Source: Ignavibacteriales bacterium (lineage in GTDB: Bacteria; Bacteroidota; Ignavibacteria; UBA10030). From it: a DNA stretch of 64,000 nucleotides. The position numbers and the translations under genes were made by a program. The DNA lies in the NCBI GenBank assembly GCA_026390575.1, contig JAPLFR010000006.1, positions 203,567 to 267,566 of the forward strand, given 5' to 3'. The notes beneath the pieces were generated by a model, which saw only the letters and a program-made list of their open reading frames with translations, was not told the origin of the DNA and ran no database searches. This document shows, in pieces, positions 49,267 to 59,679 of this stretch (position 1 is its first letter; each line of letters starts with the position of its first letter).

Positions 49267-50415
49267 TCAGTTAAGCTTCGATACCATTTTAAAAGCAGAC
49301 CATTTTTCTTCATCCATACTATTTAAATCAAAGATGGATATCCCGGATGCTCCGGCCTCGACAGATTTTGTGCAAGCAATTTTTATTTCTGTCGCTGTTA
49401 ATTCAGGAATAAATAATCCGCTATATAAAGGTCTTGGATTTTTTAATTCGTTAATTTCCTTGTGAGTACACTCAGCTATCCAGCTAATATCCTTATTGTA
49501 GAAGTTATGATATAGCATAGGCATGTAACAATCGAGATCCCAGTTTTTCCAATCTTGCCGTACATTCTCCCAATTTGGAAAAACTGCCGCCGATATTTTC
49601 TTATTGTATTTTTTTGCTGTCGGAACAAGCTTATCGTTCACAAGGTTTGTGACACTGTCATATCTAAACTGACGCCATTCTTTATTCGCAGAAGGATCCG
49701 TAAGATCGGTAAGCGGATCTATACCGGATTTTGCTTTAAACTGCTCACGGCATGACTTTGAATATGAATAATCATATTGAGGGTATTCCCTGTCTTGGAC
49801 AATACCATATTTTGGTTGAAGAGCAATCGCAATAATGACATCAGGTAAACGAACATAATCGAGATGTACGCCATCAATTTCATTAATTTTAGCAAGTGAT
49901 TCAACATTTCCGCGAATAAACTCCTGCGCTTCTTCATTACACGGGCATAAAAATTTATAGTAATCGACATAAGCCGGTTTTTCACAAGCTGGTTCGCCTT
50001 TGCCATTTACTACATACCATTCAGGATGTTCCTTTACAATTTTATCAACATTGCAAGGCATAGTCCACATCCATGCGTGTAACTCCAGACCTATAGATTT
50101 ACACAGCGGTATAAATTTGCTTAAAATATCTTCTTCAACTGGAAATCTGTCGGTATCATAAAAGGCAACTCTGCTATTATAAACTTCGAGTAGAACTGAA
50201 TCGATACCATTAGCTTTTGCATTTTCTAACTTCTTTTTCCAATAATCGATGTCTTTCCCTTTTCCCGAGCTTATCCAGGCCCAATTTTTTAGATCCTTTT
50301 TTTGACTTTGTAAGACTGTCCCAAATAACTTACTTGGCAACAATTGGTTCGTTGCTAAAAACAATGTTCCAAGTCCAATGCTTTTTATTATTTCTCTTCG
50401 CCTCATTAGTGACAC
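49267..50415 (-). CDS. Glycoside-hydrolase-like family 10 (GHL10/DUF187, YngK-type) protein with Tat-like signal
   Basis: 382 aa. N-terminal MSLMRRREIIKSIGLGTLFLA (twin-Arg). TIM-barrel-like alternating pattern (GIDSVLLEV...GLELHAWMWT...IDGVHLDYVRLPD). Family call by resemblance, uncertain. Confidence 0.4.
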   Translation of the reverse strand: MSLMRRREIIKSIGLGTLFLATNQLLPSKLFGTVLQSQKKDLKNWAWISSGKGKDIDYWKKKLENAKANGIDSVLLEVYNSRVAFYDTDRFPVEEDILSKFIPLCKSIGLELHAWMWTMPCNVDKIVKEHPEWYVVNGKGEPACEKPAYVDYYKFLCPCNEEAQEFIRGNVESLAKINEIDGVHLDYVRLPDVIIAIALQPKYGIVQDREYPQYDYSYSKSCREQFKAKSGIDPLTDLTDPSANKEWRQFRYDSVTNLVNDKLVPTAKKYNKKISAAVFPNWENVRQDWKNWDLDCYMPMLYHNFYNKDISWIAECTHKEINELKNPRPLYSGLFIPELTATEIKIACTKSVEAGASGISIFDLNSMDEEKWSAFKMVSKLN

Positions 50416-51771
50416 CTACTTAACTAAAAGAAGCCGTTTTGTTTCTGTAAATGAACCAGCAGTCATTCGATAGAAATAAACACCGCTTGATAAACGGTAT
50501 CTTGAAGCATCAAATTGAACGGATCCAATTCCTGAAAATTTGAATTCATCCATGAGTGTTGCTATTTCCCTGCCTAATACATCATACACTCTTATCGAGA
50601 CTTGTGTTGCCCTCGGTAATGAAAATTTAATTGTCGTAGATGGATTGAATGGATTTGGATAATTGTCATAAAGAATAAAATTTGTAATACGCGATTCCAA
50701 CGGCTGTTCAACAATATTCGTTGGCGTCAACATTTCCTTAGCAATAGCATCTAATAAAGGTTGCGACTTTCCGATGACGTCTTGGCTGAGTTCCCAAATC
50801 ATTATTCCTGCCAATCCCTTTGTTTTTGCATATTGGCACTTAAAAGCAATAGACAAAGAATCATCATATGTTATCACCGATGACCCATTTTTTAAATATG
50901 GAACCTTTGCTGTACTATCCCAGTAACGTGTCCACCCACCTGATTGGATCAAAGTATTTATGCCACTATAAGAAGGGGTTGTCCTGCTAGTAAATGTTGT
51001 GTCAAAACGTGGTGAACCGTAAAAATATTTTCCATAGAATGGAACACCAAGTACAAGTTTAGATTTCTGTAGAAGCGGCGAATGTCCTCCAGTTAAATAA
51101 AAAATGCTTTGATCTACAGAATAGTCTTGTCCTATGTAATCGTAATAGAGGGCAGCATTGTAACCTGAGTTTCCGCTCCATCCCTGATCCATGTCATATG
51201 TCATTACATTAAACCAATCTACATATTCGCTCAGAGTTGGATAGTCAAGCCACTGCCCTTCATAAGAGCTAGAACCGATAGCCATAGTCAATAAAAAAGA
51301 AGGATTTGTTTGCTGAAAGGATTCATGAATTTGTTTTATAAAAACGTGTATGTTTATACTATCGGCGGAACTGCCAACACCTTCCCAATCAATATCTGCT
51401 CCGTCGTAATTGTTTTTAGTAAGATAGGCAGCAAGATTATTAATAAATGTCTTCCTCTTAATGGAATCTGCAGTCACAGCAGTAAAAGCACTTCCCGAAT
51501 TTGCCCCTCCGAGAGATATTAAAATCTTGCATCCCGCCAGATGTGCAGCATTAATCAAGGCAGCATCCGCAGTGCCTGAAATACTTCCATTTGGATTTGG
51601 CTCAGCAAAAGCGTAATTAATATGCGTGAGCGAATTAAATTTTACAGATGATACTGGAAGTGTTGATTGTCCCCACGAAGTATAATACCCAATGACACGA
51701 TATTGAGATTGCGCAACCATCAAATGGGAAGTTACAAACAGAATTACTATTATGGCCACAATATTTTTCAC
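50416..51771 (-). CDS. GH18 chitinase with T9SS C-terminal sorting domain
   Basis: 451 aa. Signal peptide. GH18 motifs (LISLGGANSG, YDGADIDWEGVG). C-terminal ...YDNYPNPFNPSTTIKFSLPRATQVSIRVYDVLGREIATL...GVYFYRMTAGSFTETKRLLLVK. Its stop abuts the start of the downstream GHL10 gene (1-nt gap). Confidence 0.8.
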   Translation of the reverse strand: MKNIVAIIVILFVTSHLMVAQSQYRVIGYYTSWGQSTLPVSSVKFNSLTHINYAFAEPNPNGSISGTADAALINAAHLAGCKILISLGGANSGSAFTAVTADSIKRKTFINNLAAYLTKNNYDGADIDWEGVGSSADSINIHVFIKQIHESFQQTNPSFLLTMAIGSSSYEGQWLDYPTLSEYVDWFNVMTYDMDQGWSGNSGYNAALYYDYIGQDYSVDQSIFYLTGGHSPLLQKSKLVLGVPFYGKYFYGSPRFDTTFTSRTTPSYSGINTLIQSGGWTRYWDSTAKVPYLKNGSSVITYDDSLSIAFKCQYAKTKGLAGIMIWELSQDVIGKSQPLLDAIAKEMLTPTNIVEQPLESRITNFILYDNYPNPFNPSTTIKFSLPRATQVSIRVYDVLGREIATLMDEFKFSGIGSVQFDASRYRLSSGVYFYRMTAGSFTETKRLLLVK

Positions 51772-51864
51772 AGTAATTCCTTTTTCACTTTCTTCAAAAC
51801 TTTGGGGGATATTTTCTCGACTTCTTTAATCTATGTTGAAATTAAAGCGGCATTTTGAAACGAA

Positions 51865-53346
51865 TTATTTCAATAAAACCATCGGCTTCATTTGAAGATG
51901 ATTCCCTGCCTTTAATTCATAAAAATAAACACCACTTGAATAATCTCCCATATCAACAATAACTTGATGCTGTCCCATGGATTGATGCATGTCCCTGAGA
52001 ACCGTCTTAACTTGACGTCCGAGTGCATCGAAGATTTCCAATGTCACATTTTCTGGTTTTGAAAGATTATAGAGAATGGTTGTTGATGGATTAAAAGGAT
52101 TCGGATAGTTTTGCTTAAGCTCAAACTTAAACGCTACGTTATTCGCCCTATCTATGCCGACAGTTGTATTTATGTTCGCTTGCTGTATTAAATGGTAAAG
52201 GTACAAATGTCCAAAGTTAGCGTATAATACATCTTTGTGATTGCTAATATTAGATAAATGATTGATAAGGTAAGATTTATTACGATCATTATATAAAGTT
52301 TGAGGGTGCCACATAATATGATAAACGGCGCCACTACGCACAGTTAAAGCGAATATAGCGTTCATAGTTGCAAGATTTGTATCAACACCAATTTCCAATG
52401 TTGGATTGCAGGGCTCAAAATGCCCCATCGTATCATTCCACGCGCTAAAATTCATATATCCGGTTTGATATAATCTCGGAATAAGATATTTCCGAATTGT
52501 AAGTATTGAATCAGTCGTATGATCGAATTCGCCATACGGAGCGATCCATGCATAGACATATTCTTTAGAATTTCTTCGAAAGGGCTCCGACAAGGTTAGA
52601 TGATTGACTATATCGTCATAACATCCATTTATTTCGCCCGTAGGGTCCGCGTACGGTGTATGCAAATGATTTCTGCTATGCGCAGCTACTTCAACAAAGC
52701 CAGAATCCACCTGTCGTTGTAAGACACTCCAGGTGGCTAAATCAGTATAATGAAAATCGGAAATTACACCGACAGTAACATAGAGATTATACGATCGAAA
52801 AAGGCTTACTAATTGACTGGCACCCCAATTAGCAACACTCGCCCATTGCCAGTCATCAGCAGTCACTGTAACAGCAGAGCGACGGTTGTCATAATATTTT
52901 GAGATTCCAGCATAGAGGGGAAAAATTGTATTGTCATTGCTATCAGTGATTTCTAATAAAAGTGAATCCGTATCAACAGAAAATGCAACAGATACATATG
53001 CCCGGTTTTTGGGATAATCAAAGCGAACAGCTTCTATCCCATTAAAAAAATCATTGACAGTCTTTTCAGTAATACTTTTCCAAGTATCTGTTGAGAAATT
53101 TTTTTTCCAGACTTTTAACCCACTCGAACCTTGCGGAATATCGAATTGGTAAGTCAAGGGATACATACATCCGTAGTCGGAATGAAAACTAGCTTGCACA
53201 ACAACGACAAGTTCGCTCGCTGGTGTTATCCCTATTGAAAGAACAGCTCTCTGCTGTGCAAAAGCTATATCGGTAATACCAAAGAAGAGTATATAAAGAA
53301 AGAATAGTAGTACCATATTACCCGCTTTAAATCCATTAAAGTTCAT
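51865..53346 (-). CDS. Polysaccharide deacetylase (CE4-like) with T9SS C-terminal sorting domain (candidate chitin/chitooligosaccharide deacetylase)
   Basis: 493 aa. Signal/TM. CE4-like motifs TADDW (TFDDG-type), HSRNHLHTP (H-S-x-x-H), IAPYGEF (R-P-PYG-type). C-terminal NYPNPFNPSTTILYNLSKPENVTLEIFDALGRQV...GVYFYELKAGNHLQMKPMVLLK. Confidence 0.5.
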   Translation of the reverse strand: MNFNGFKAGNMVLLFFLYILFFGITDIAFAQQRAVLSIGITPASELVVVVQASFHSDYGCMYPLTYQFDIPQGSSGLKVWKKNFSTDTWKSITEKTVNDFFNGIEAVRFDYPKNRAYVSVAFSVDTDSLLLEITDSNDNTIFPLYAGISKYYDNRRSAVTVTADDWQWASVANWGASQLVSLFRSYNLYVTVGVISDFHYTDLATWSVLQRQVDSGFVEVAAHSRNHLHTPYADPTGEINGCYDDIVNHLTLSEPFRRNSKEYVYAWIAPYGEFDHTTDSILTIRKYLIPRLYQTGYMNFSAWNDTMGHFEPCNPTLEIGVDTNLATMNAIFALTVRSGAVYHIMWHPQTLYNDRNKSYLINHLSNISNHKDVLYANFGHLYLYHLIQQANINTTVGIDRANNVAFKFELKQNYPNPFNPSTTILYNLSKPENVTLEIFDALGRQVKTVLRDMHQSMGQHQVIVDMGDYSSGVYFYELKAGNHLQMKPMVLLK

Positions 53347-53443
53347 AAAGCACTACGCCTTCTCTATATAAAGACAAAAAGTATATAATATAAAAATGGA
53401 GGCACCGTTTCCGGTGCCTCCAATACTTTCATCAGAGGATGAA

Positions 53444-55293
53444 TTACTTCAACAACATCATCTTCTGAGCCGAGCGGTTGCCTCCTTGTTCAAGGACACA
53501 GAAATAAATGCCGCTTGTAAAGTTAGACATATCAATACGTTGAGTATAAGTATTCGCAGCTTGGAATACATTATTCACAACTGTCATGACATGTTGACCA
53601 AGAATATTGTACACTTTCAAGCTCGTAACACCTGATTTTATTATAGTGTACTGAATAGTTGTGGTCGGGTTGAAAGGATTTGGATAGTTTTGTGACAAAT
53701 TAAATACATTTGGTAATGCAGCATTGTTTGAAGCAACAGAAGTTATATGGAGACCAGCAAGTTCTGGAAGCGGCCATGTAGGTGTCCAATCTGCAGCTCC
53801 TGAAACTTGTGTGATACCATAACCCCAAACATCAGTAGCAGCTGTCGCACCGCGTACTTCATCAAACCATGCCAACAGACCAACATTATTTGCCGGAGTT
53901 CCAGCATTAAGTACGCCAGTGATAGATGAACCAAATCCAGGATCAACATTGACGTTTCCTGATTTGCAAACATAGCTTGTGTTGGAACGTTCATCCACAT
54001 TGGAGTGAGGATTCTGTTCGTTTGTGTTGCATTCCAAGTTGTCCAGTGATTTACCAGAGCAGTCGGCCAGAAATACTTATTATTCTTGACTTCGATTACT
54101 CGTTTTGCCTCAGCAATCGAATCAACATTTGCACTAGCAGCATCTGCAGGATCAAACATCAGTGCATTTGCATGGCTAAGCGGTTCCAATGCGATTACAC
54201 CATATGTAGTATCTCCAGACCATAGATTATCCCACCATGGATTCTCTGTCTGATCAACACCACCCGCATAATTCGCATAGAAAATATTGTCGTTTATCTT
54301 TGCTTGGGTAGCGTTGAAAATGAATAATGGATTCTTAAATGTATACGCAACTATATTACCAGTAAATTCGAAGTAACGCGTATAGAGTTTCGTGACCGGT
54401 GCAGCTGCATATCCATTCACGCAAAGTATGGTGTTATTTTTCATAACGATCGATCCTGTATATTGCGAAGTCGCTGACCATTCATTGCGTAGCACTTCAC
54501 CAACATACCATTGGTTCGGGTGAACCATATTTCTAAAATAACTACCCGTAATGGTGAAATTATCCCAGTTTCCATTATATCCAATGGCAAAACCAAGCCA
54601 ATTATCAAACACGCAGTTGTCCACTATGGTCGTGACATTATCAGCGGAAACTTGTATGCCGGTTCCTGCTGCATTTGGACTATTGTTTGTAGCTAGAGCA
54701 AGAAGATACAGGTTATTGAATGTACCTGTTATTGATGAAGCGTTTAAATTCACCAATGTTGCAGGAATCGTTCCATCTGAGAGCACAGTCGGTTGAATAG
54801 TAGGAAGTTTTCCATTCGCACCAGGAACACCGATAATAGAAATGTCACGTGTTGCTGTTATTGCATCGTCAAACAGATAGGTGGTATCCAACGACACTAG
54901 TTTATAGACATTATGTGCACCTGCATCTGCAGTAATTATAGTATTCAGATTGCCTTCTGTTGCGTACACCACAAGCTCTTTGCTTGCTAAACCAGTGAAC
55001 CAATTTGGATCACCTACTGGTAATCCATCAGATCCAGTTAATGATGCACTATAATGCAATGCTGATGCTGCGGCAAGTGGCCAAGTAGGCATCCAATTAG
55101 CAGCTCCTGAAACCTGTGTGATACCGCAGCCCCAAACATCAGTAGCAGCTGTCGCACCGCGTACTTCATCAAACCATGCCAACAGACCAACATTATTTGC
55201 CGGAGTTCCAGCATTAAGTACGCCAGTGATAGATGAACCAAATCCAGGATCAACATTGACGTTTCCTGATAGGCCATGTTGTCTTATTTGCAA
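53444..55293 (-). pseudogene. Copy A of tandemly duplicated beta-helix domain + ~100-aa linker domain + T9SS CTD; read in two overlapping frames (53743..55293 and 53444..54037)
   Basis: ORF 53743..55293 begins with linker-domain sequence (SGNVNVDPGFGSSITGVLNAGTPANNVGLLAWFDEVRGATAATDVWG...TWPL), continues through a beta-helix domain 95% identical to copy B, then runs on in a junk frame (MFANQETSMLILDLV...). The protein-like continuation (SGNVNVDPGFGSS...TWPLPELAGLHITSVASNNAALPNVFNLSQNYPNPFNPTTTIQY...GIYFCVLEQG...KMMLLK, CTD) lies in the overlapping ORF 53444..54037 in another frame. There is no signal peptide of its own. Confidence 0.5.
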
Positions 55294-56326
55294 ACATAGC
55301 TTGTGTTGGAACGTTCATCCACATTGGTGTGATAATTGTGTTCGTTTGCGTTGCATTCCATGTTGTCCAGTGATTTACCAGAGCAGTCGGCCAGAAATAT
55401 ACATTGTTCTTGACTTCGATTACTCGTTTTGCCTCGGCAATCGAATCAACGCTTGGATTATCAGCATCTGCAGGATCAAACATCAGTGCATTTGCATGAC
55501 TAAGCGGTTCCAATGCAATGATGCCATAAGTAGTATCTCCAGACCATAGATTATCCCACCATGGATTTTCTGTCTTATCAACACCACCTGCATAATTCGC
55601 ATAGAAAATATTGTCGTTTATCTTTGCTATGGTAGCGTTGAAAATGAATAATGGATTCTTAAATGTATATATTACGGTATTGTGTACAAATTCGAAATAA
55701 GTCATATAGAGTTTCGTGACTGGTGCAGATGCATATCCATTCACGCAAAGTATGGTGTTATTTCTCATAATGACTGATCCTGTATATTGCGAAGTCGCTG
55801 ACCATTCGTTGCGTAACACTTCACCAACATACCATTGGTTCGGGTGAACCATATTTAGAAATTTGCTGTTTGTAATAGTGAAATTATCCCAGTTTCCATT
55901 ATATCCAATGGCAAAACCAAGCCAATTATCAAACACGCAGTTGTCCACTATGGTTGTGACATTATCAGCTGAAACTTGTATGCCGGTTCCTGCTGCATTT
56001 GGACTATTGTTTGTAGCTAGAGCAAGAAGATACAGGTTATTGAATGTGCCCGATATTCCCAAAGCGTTTAAATTCACAAATGTTGCAGGAATTGTTCCAT
56101 CTGACAGCACAGTCGGTTGAATAGTAGGAAGTTTTCCATTCGCACCAGGAACACCGATAATAGAAATGTCATGTGTTGCTGTTATTGCATCGTCAAACAG
56201 ATAGGTGGTATCCAACGACACTAGTTTATAGACACTATGTGCACCTGCATCTGCAGTAATTATAGTATTCAGATTGCCTTCTGTTGCATAAATTACAAGT
56301 GGGCTACTTGCTTTAACATTTTTTGC
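53767..56326. repeat. Two-copy tandem direct repeat, unit ~1.31 kb (lower copy ~53767-54975, upper ~55077-56326; offset 1307 bp below and 1324 bp above a 17-bp indel)
   Basis: Long stretches are identical, e.g. 53823-53960 = 55130-55267 (ccccaaacatcagtagcagctgtcgcaccgcgtacttcatcaaaccatgccaacagacc...). Protein-level copies are >90% identical (YATEGNLNTIITADAGAH...TWPL). Confidence 0.85.
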
Positions 56327-56437
56327 GGTTGCAAGTAGATGACTTGGAGTTACAAAAAGCAACATCACGGCAAAAATTAAAGCAATGGTGAATAGCTGTT
56401 TCATAATAACTCTCCTTGAATAAATGATTAGGTGCAA
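55250..56437 (-). CDS. Copy B: secreted right-handed beta-helix protein (signal peptide + beta-helix domain), truncated at the junction with copy A by a 17-bp insertion
   Basis: 395 aa. Signal peptide MKQLFTIALIFAVMLLFVTPSHLLA. Beta-helix domain (NNTIL..., NDNIFYANYAGGVD...). It ends ...MFANKTTWPIRKRQC* inside the sequence aggccatgttgtcttat (55271-55287), which is absent from the otherwise identical lower copy at 53960. Confidence 0.5.
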   Translation of the reverse strand: MHLIIYSRRVIMKQLFTIALIFAVMLLFVTPSHLLATAKNVKASSPLVIYATEGNLNTIITADAGAHSVYKLVSLDTTYLFDDAITATHDISIIGVPGANGKLPTIQPTVLSDGTIPATFVNLNALGISGTFNNLYLLALATNNSPNAAGTGIQVSADNVTTIVDNCVFDNWLGFAIGYNGNWDNFTITNSKFLNMVHPNQWYVGEVLRNEWSATSQYTGSVIMRNNTILCVNGYASAPVTKLYMTYFEFVHNTVIYTFKNPLFIFNATIAKINDNIFYANYAGGVDKTENPWWDNLWSGDTTYGIIALEPLSHANALMFDPADADNPSVDSIAEAKRVIEVKNNVYFWPTALVNHWTTWNATQTNTIITPMWMNVPTQAMFANKTTWPIRKRQC

Positions 56438-56610
56438 TTACGTTTCTGCTTCTCCATTTTCGTATCCTTATAATATCGAAAACGGTTTTTACTGCATACC
56501 TTTACTCGATATGTGTCCCTATCACCTCCTCTACTATACCACAATTTAAAATACCATTAAACATATTGTTATTTATTGATTCCATACATCCTGCGAATTT
56601 ATCTTTAAAA

Positions 56611-59595
56611 TTATAGCTGCCAACGAAGTCCTACTTCAGCGGTCATATCATAACTTTGGGCTGATGTCGGAATATCGGAATACATTTGCAGTACAGAAAA
56701 ATCTCTTGCACCATTAATATTATTCACATTACAATAGAGTTGAAGCCCAAACCATGGTAATTCCTGTTTAGCTGATAGATCCCATCGTTTATATGCTGCT
56801 GTCGTAGCACGTAACTGAGCCCACGAGTTAGATACTTGGAAGATATCAGCCTGATAGAGCATTGAGACACGAATTGAAAAACCTTTATAATCATATCCAA
56901 TTGAAAGATTTACGATATCATTAGGCTGACCTATTAACCGATCAATGTAGCTTGTATCTATTGCTGGAACTATAGTTGTGACGCGACCTACCGTCACTCT
57001 TCGTTCAGGAATTACATACGGATATTCCAGTTTCGAGTATACGTGCGTGTAATTAATATTAAAGACTAAACCCTTTAATGGATTCGGTAAATACCAGAAG
57101 TGAGTTTGCCAATCAAATTCTAATCCAAAAACAGTCGCCATATTAGGATTATTTACATAGGTAGATATCGTATAGGTACTATTTCCAGGATTCCGATTAG
57201 AAAACCTTAAAGGATAATATGCTATGGCTGGTGCTCCTGTCACATTAAAAGTTTTAGCATATATAAAATTATCGATTTTCTTTAAAAATGAACCGACGGT
57301 AAATAATCCGATAGTGTTATCTGAAACAGATAAATACACATCATAATTTGTTGAACGTGCTGGAACTAAATAAAAATTATTAAACGAAATATATCCCGAA
57401 GCAACATCAATTCTTGGTATGAGAGCATTATAATCTGGATAGGAAACAGTATTAGAGTACGCGAGTCTTATATCGAACCATGAGAAAGGTTTGAATCGAA
57501 TATTTACATCAGGTAGCCAGTATGGATGATCCGATGAATACGTTGTATCATACCCCTGATAAATTTGATAAAATACTGGAGTCTCGATACCTTGAATTCC
57601 TGTATAGGTATATTTTATATCCTGATATCGAACACCTGGAATAAGGGTAATTTGTGTCCCTAAATTAATGGTTGCCATTAAATAAAACGCAGTGAAGACT
57701 TCATTCCCGTTATAATTATACGATAATGATTGAAAATTATTACGAGCATACGCTTCAGCCCAGGTGCTTGTATTGCCCACACTATCATGAGCAAGTTGTA
57801 ATAATTGCGACAATCTACTCTGACTAAGTGGATTGGACATTGTATAATCGCCATTAAGAAATGTACCAAAATTTAAATTCTGGTCAATAAAAGTAGTCAT
57901 TGGTATATTTGTGTATGTTAATGCGCTTGGATTTGTGATACCAATTTCTGGAAAATTCCTAAGTATCGCTTTAACAGCCCCTGATGCACTAGAGGAATTG
58001 AAATTGGCATTTGTCCCATATTGTTCCTGACCATACGATCTTGTTTGGTATTTATATTTTCCTCCAAATTTTATAGTAGAAGTTATTGAGTTAGAGATGT
58101 TCAATGGAAAATCTAAATCCAGAGCTACCGTTTGTTGTCGTTCCATAGAATTACTATTTGTAGCGGCCATATAATTTAAAAATGCAGAGTCCTGTTTAGT
58201 GCTGACTGTCGTAGCAATCGAATATGGATTCAAATTTGTGTCAGCAATATATGGGTTACTTGATCCCCACGCCTTGCTCTGATAAAAATTAACATACCAA
58301 TCTCCTGGATCTTTTGTCTCAGAATAAGAATTTGAAACTTTTAAGTTTGTATGAAAAACATACAGCTGTTGTTCAATATTAAGAGCATTCGTAATTGAAT
58401 TTAATGTACTCTTTGAATAATTAAACTGATACGCGTGTTGGTTTTGGTTTGTACTGCTACTATTCACAATAAACATTTCTTGATAATTGTTTGTTTCCGT
58501 AATACCAGAACTTAAAAAATTAGAAAAAATTATTTTCCCTTCAGGTAATTTATAATCCATAACAAGCGTCCCATTCACTCGTTGCCGATCCCTAGGGATA
58601 TAATTAATATTCACAGATTGTATTAAGTAACTAACCTGCGATTTACCTTGATTAGTATAGGTTCCAGTCAACTCGTTAGAGGTAAGATTTCGCCTCTCTA
58701 CATCAGCTTGTAGAAAAACACCCAACTTTTGATTAAAGAAACGGCCTTCCACATCACCAACAAATTTATAATTACGATACTTGTTATAAGCGTCTGATAG
58801 ATTGGAGTATCCCCCTTGTCCAAGAAATTCAACTCCCAATCCTTCTTTTTCTCCCTTGGCCTCTCTCATTTTAAAGTTTACACTTCCACCCAACACATCA
58901 GCATCCTGATCTGCGGTGACTGTCTTTGATACTTCTATTCCTTCAAGCATATTTGGTGAAATCATGCTTAGATCTGCACTTCGATCATTATTATTCGATG
59001 AAGCCATACGGACACCATCAATTGTAATATTATTATATTTTGGTTGTAGACCGCGGATCACCACTTTGTTTCCTTCACCACCATCTCTCTCAATAGAAAC
59101 ACCCGGAAGCCTTGCTATCGATTCGGCGGCGTTTGCGTCTGGTAATTCTTGTATCCGTGCCGAAGAAACCACATTCATAATTCGATCTGCGGCTAACTGT
59201 TGATTAATTGCCTGGTTTTGGCCCTGTGCTTGTGCAGTTACAACAACAGCATCAGTCGTGACACCTACAGCAACTAATTCAAAGTTGATAGTTGTCGTCT
59301 GTCCGCTAATTACTTGAACCTCGCTTTTCACAACTGGTGTGTACCCGATATAGGATGCTTTAACCTTGTAAGTTCCGGGCGGAATAGCTTGAATCAAGAA
59401 ATTGCCGTCTAAATCCGTGGAACAGCCAAGCGAGGTTCCCTCTATTAGAATATTCGCCGCGACCATCGCTTCTCGCGCGGTCACATCAATAACTTTGCCC
59501 GTAATCTTTCCGGAATCTTCTGCAAATAAAGGTGTTGCAAATAATTGAAATAAGAAGAACATACATAACACAATAGAGTTTCTTGTTGGTTTCAT
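56611..59595 (-). CDS. TonB-dependent outer-membrane receptor (CarboxypepD_reg + plug + barrel), paralogue of the 8146..11565 receptor without the STN domain
   Basis: 994 aa. Signal peptide. CarbopepD_reg (ITGKVIDVTAREAMVAANILIEGTS...). Plug ELPDANAAESIARLPGVSIERDGGEGNKVVIRGL. Large barrel. No SusD-like gene adjacent. Confidence 0.8.
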   Translation of the reverse strand: MKPTRNSIVLCMFFLFQLFATPLFAEDSGKITGKVIDVTAREAMVAANILIEGTSLGCSTDLDGNFLIQAIPPGTYKVKASYIGYTPVVKSEVQVISGQTTTINFELVAVGVTTDAVVVTAQAQGQNQAINQQLAADRIMNVVSSARIQELPDANAAESIARLPGVSIERDGGEGNKVVIRGLQPKYNNITIDGVRMASSNNNDRSADLSMISPNMLEGIEVSKTVTADQDADVLGGSVNFKMREAKGEKEGLGVEFLGQGGYSNLSDAYNKYRNYKFVGDVEGRFFNQKLGVFLQADVERRNLTSNELTGTYTNQGKSQVSYLIQSVNINYIPRDRQRVNGTLVMDYKLPEGKIIFSNFLSSGITETNNYQEMFIVNSSSTNQNQHAYQFNYSKSTLNSITNALNIEQQLYVFHTNLKVSNSYSETKDPGDWYVNFYQSKAWGSSNPYIADTNLNPYSIATTVSTKQDSAFLNYMAATNSNSMERQQTVALDLDFPLNISNSITSTIKFGGKYKYQTRSYGQEQYGTNANFNSSSASGAVKAILRNFPEIGITNPSALTYTNIPMTTFIDQNLNFGTFLNGDYTMSNPLSQSRLSQLLQLAHDSVGNTSTWAEAYARNNFQSLSYNYNGNEVFTAFYLMATINLGTQITLIPGVRYQDIKYTYTGIQGIETPVFYQIYQGYDTTYSSDHPYWLPDVNIRFKPFSWFDIRLAYSNTVSYPDYNALIPRIDVASGYISFNNFYLVPARSTNYDVYLSVSDNTIGLFTVGSFLKKIDNFIYAKTFNVTGAPAIAYYPLRFSNRNPGNSTYTISTYVNNPNMATVFGLEFDWQTHFWYLPNPLKGLVFNINYTHVYSKLEYPYVIPERRVTVGRVTTIVPAIDTSYIDRLIGQPNDIVNLSIGYDYKGFSIRVSMLYQADIFQVSNSWAQLRATTAAYKRWDLSAKQELPWFGLQLYCNVNNINGARDFSVLQMYSDIPTSAQSYDMTAEVGLRWQL

Positions 59596-59679
59596 GTTGG
59601 ACTCCTTTTATGAATCACGTTCAAGGAAACAATAAATAAATTTCAAACCCGTCGAGCTTTTCAGGCTCAAAAACAATCA

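Noticed and set aside
54037-55277. ORFs 55038..55277 and the tail of 53743..55293 (MLILDLVHLSLAYLMLELRQIMLVCWHGLMKYAVRQLL...) as real small proteins
   Set aside because: These are the same alternative frame of the duplicated linker-domain DNA. The protein-like frame (SGNVNVDPGFGSS...) is the overlapping one. The low-complexity L/M-rich translation is an out-of-frame artefact kept open by chance.
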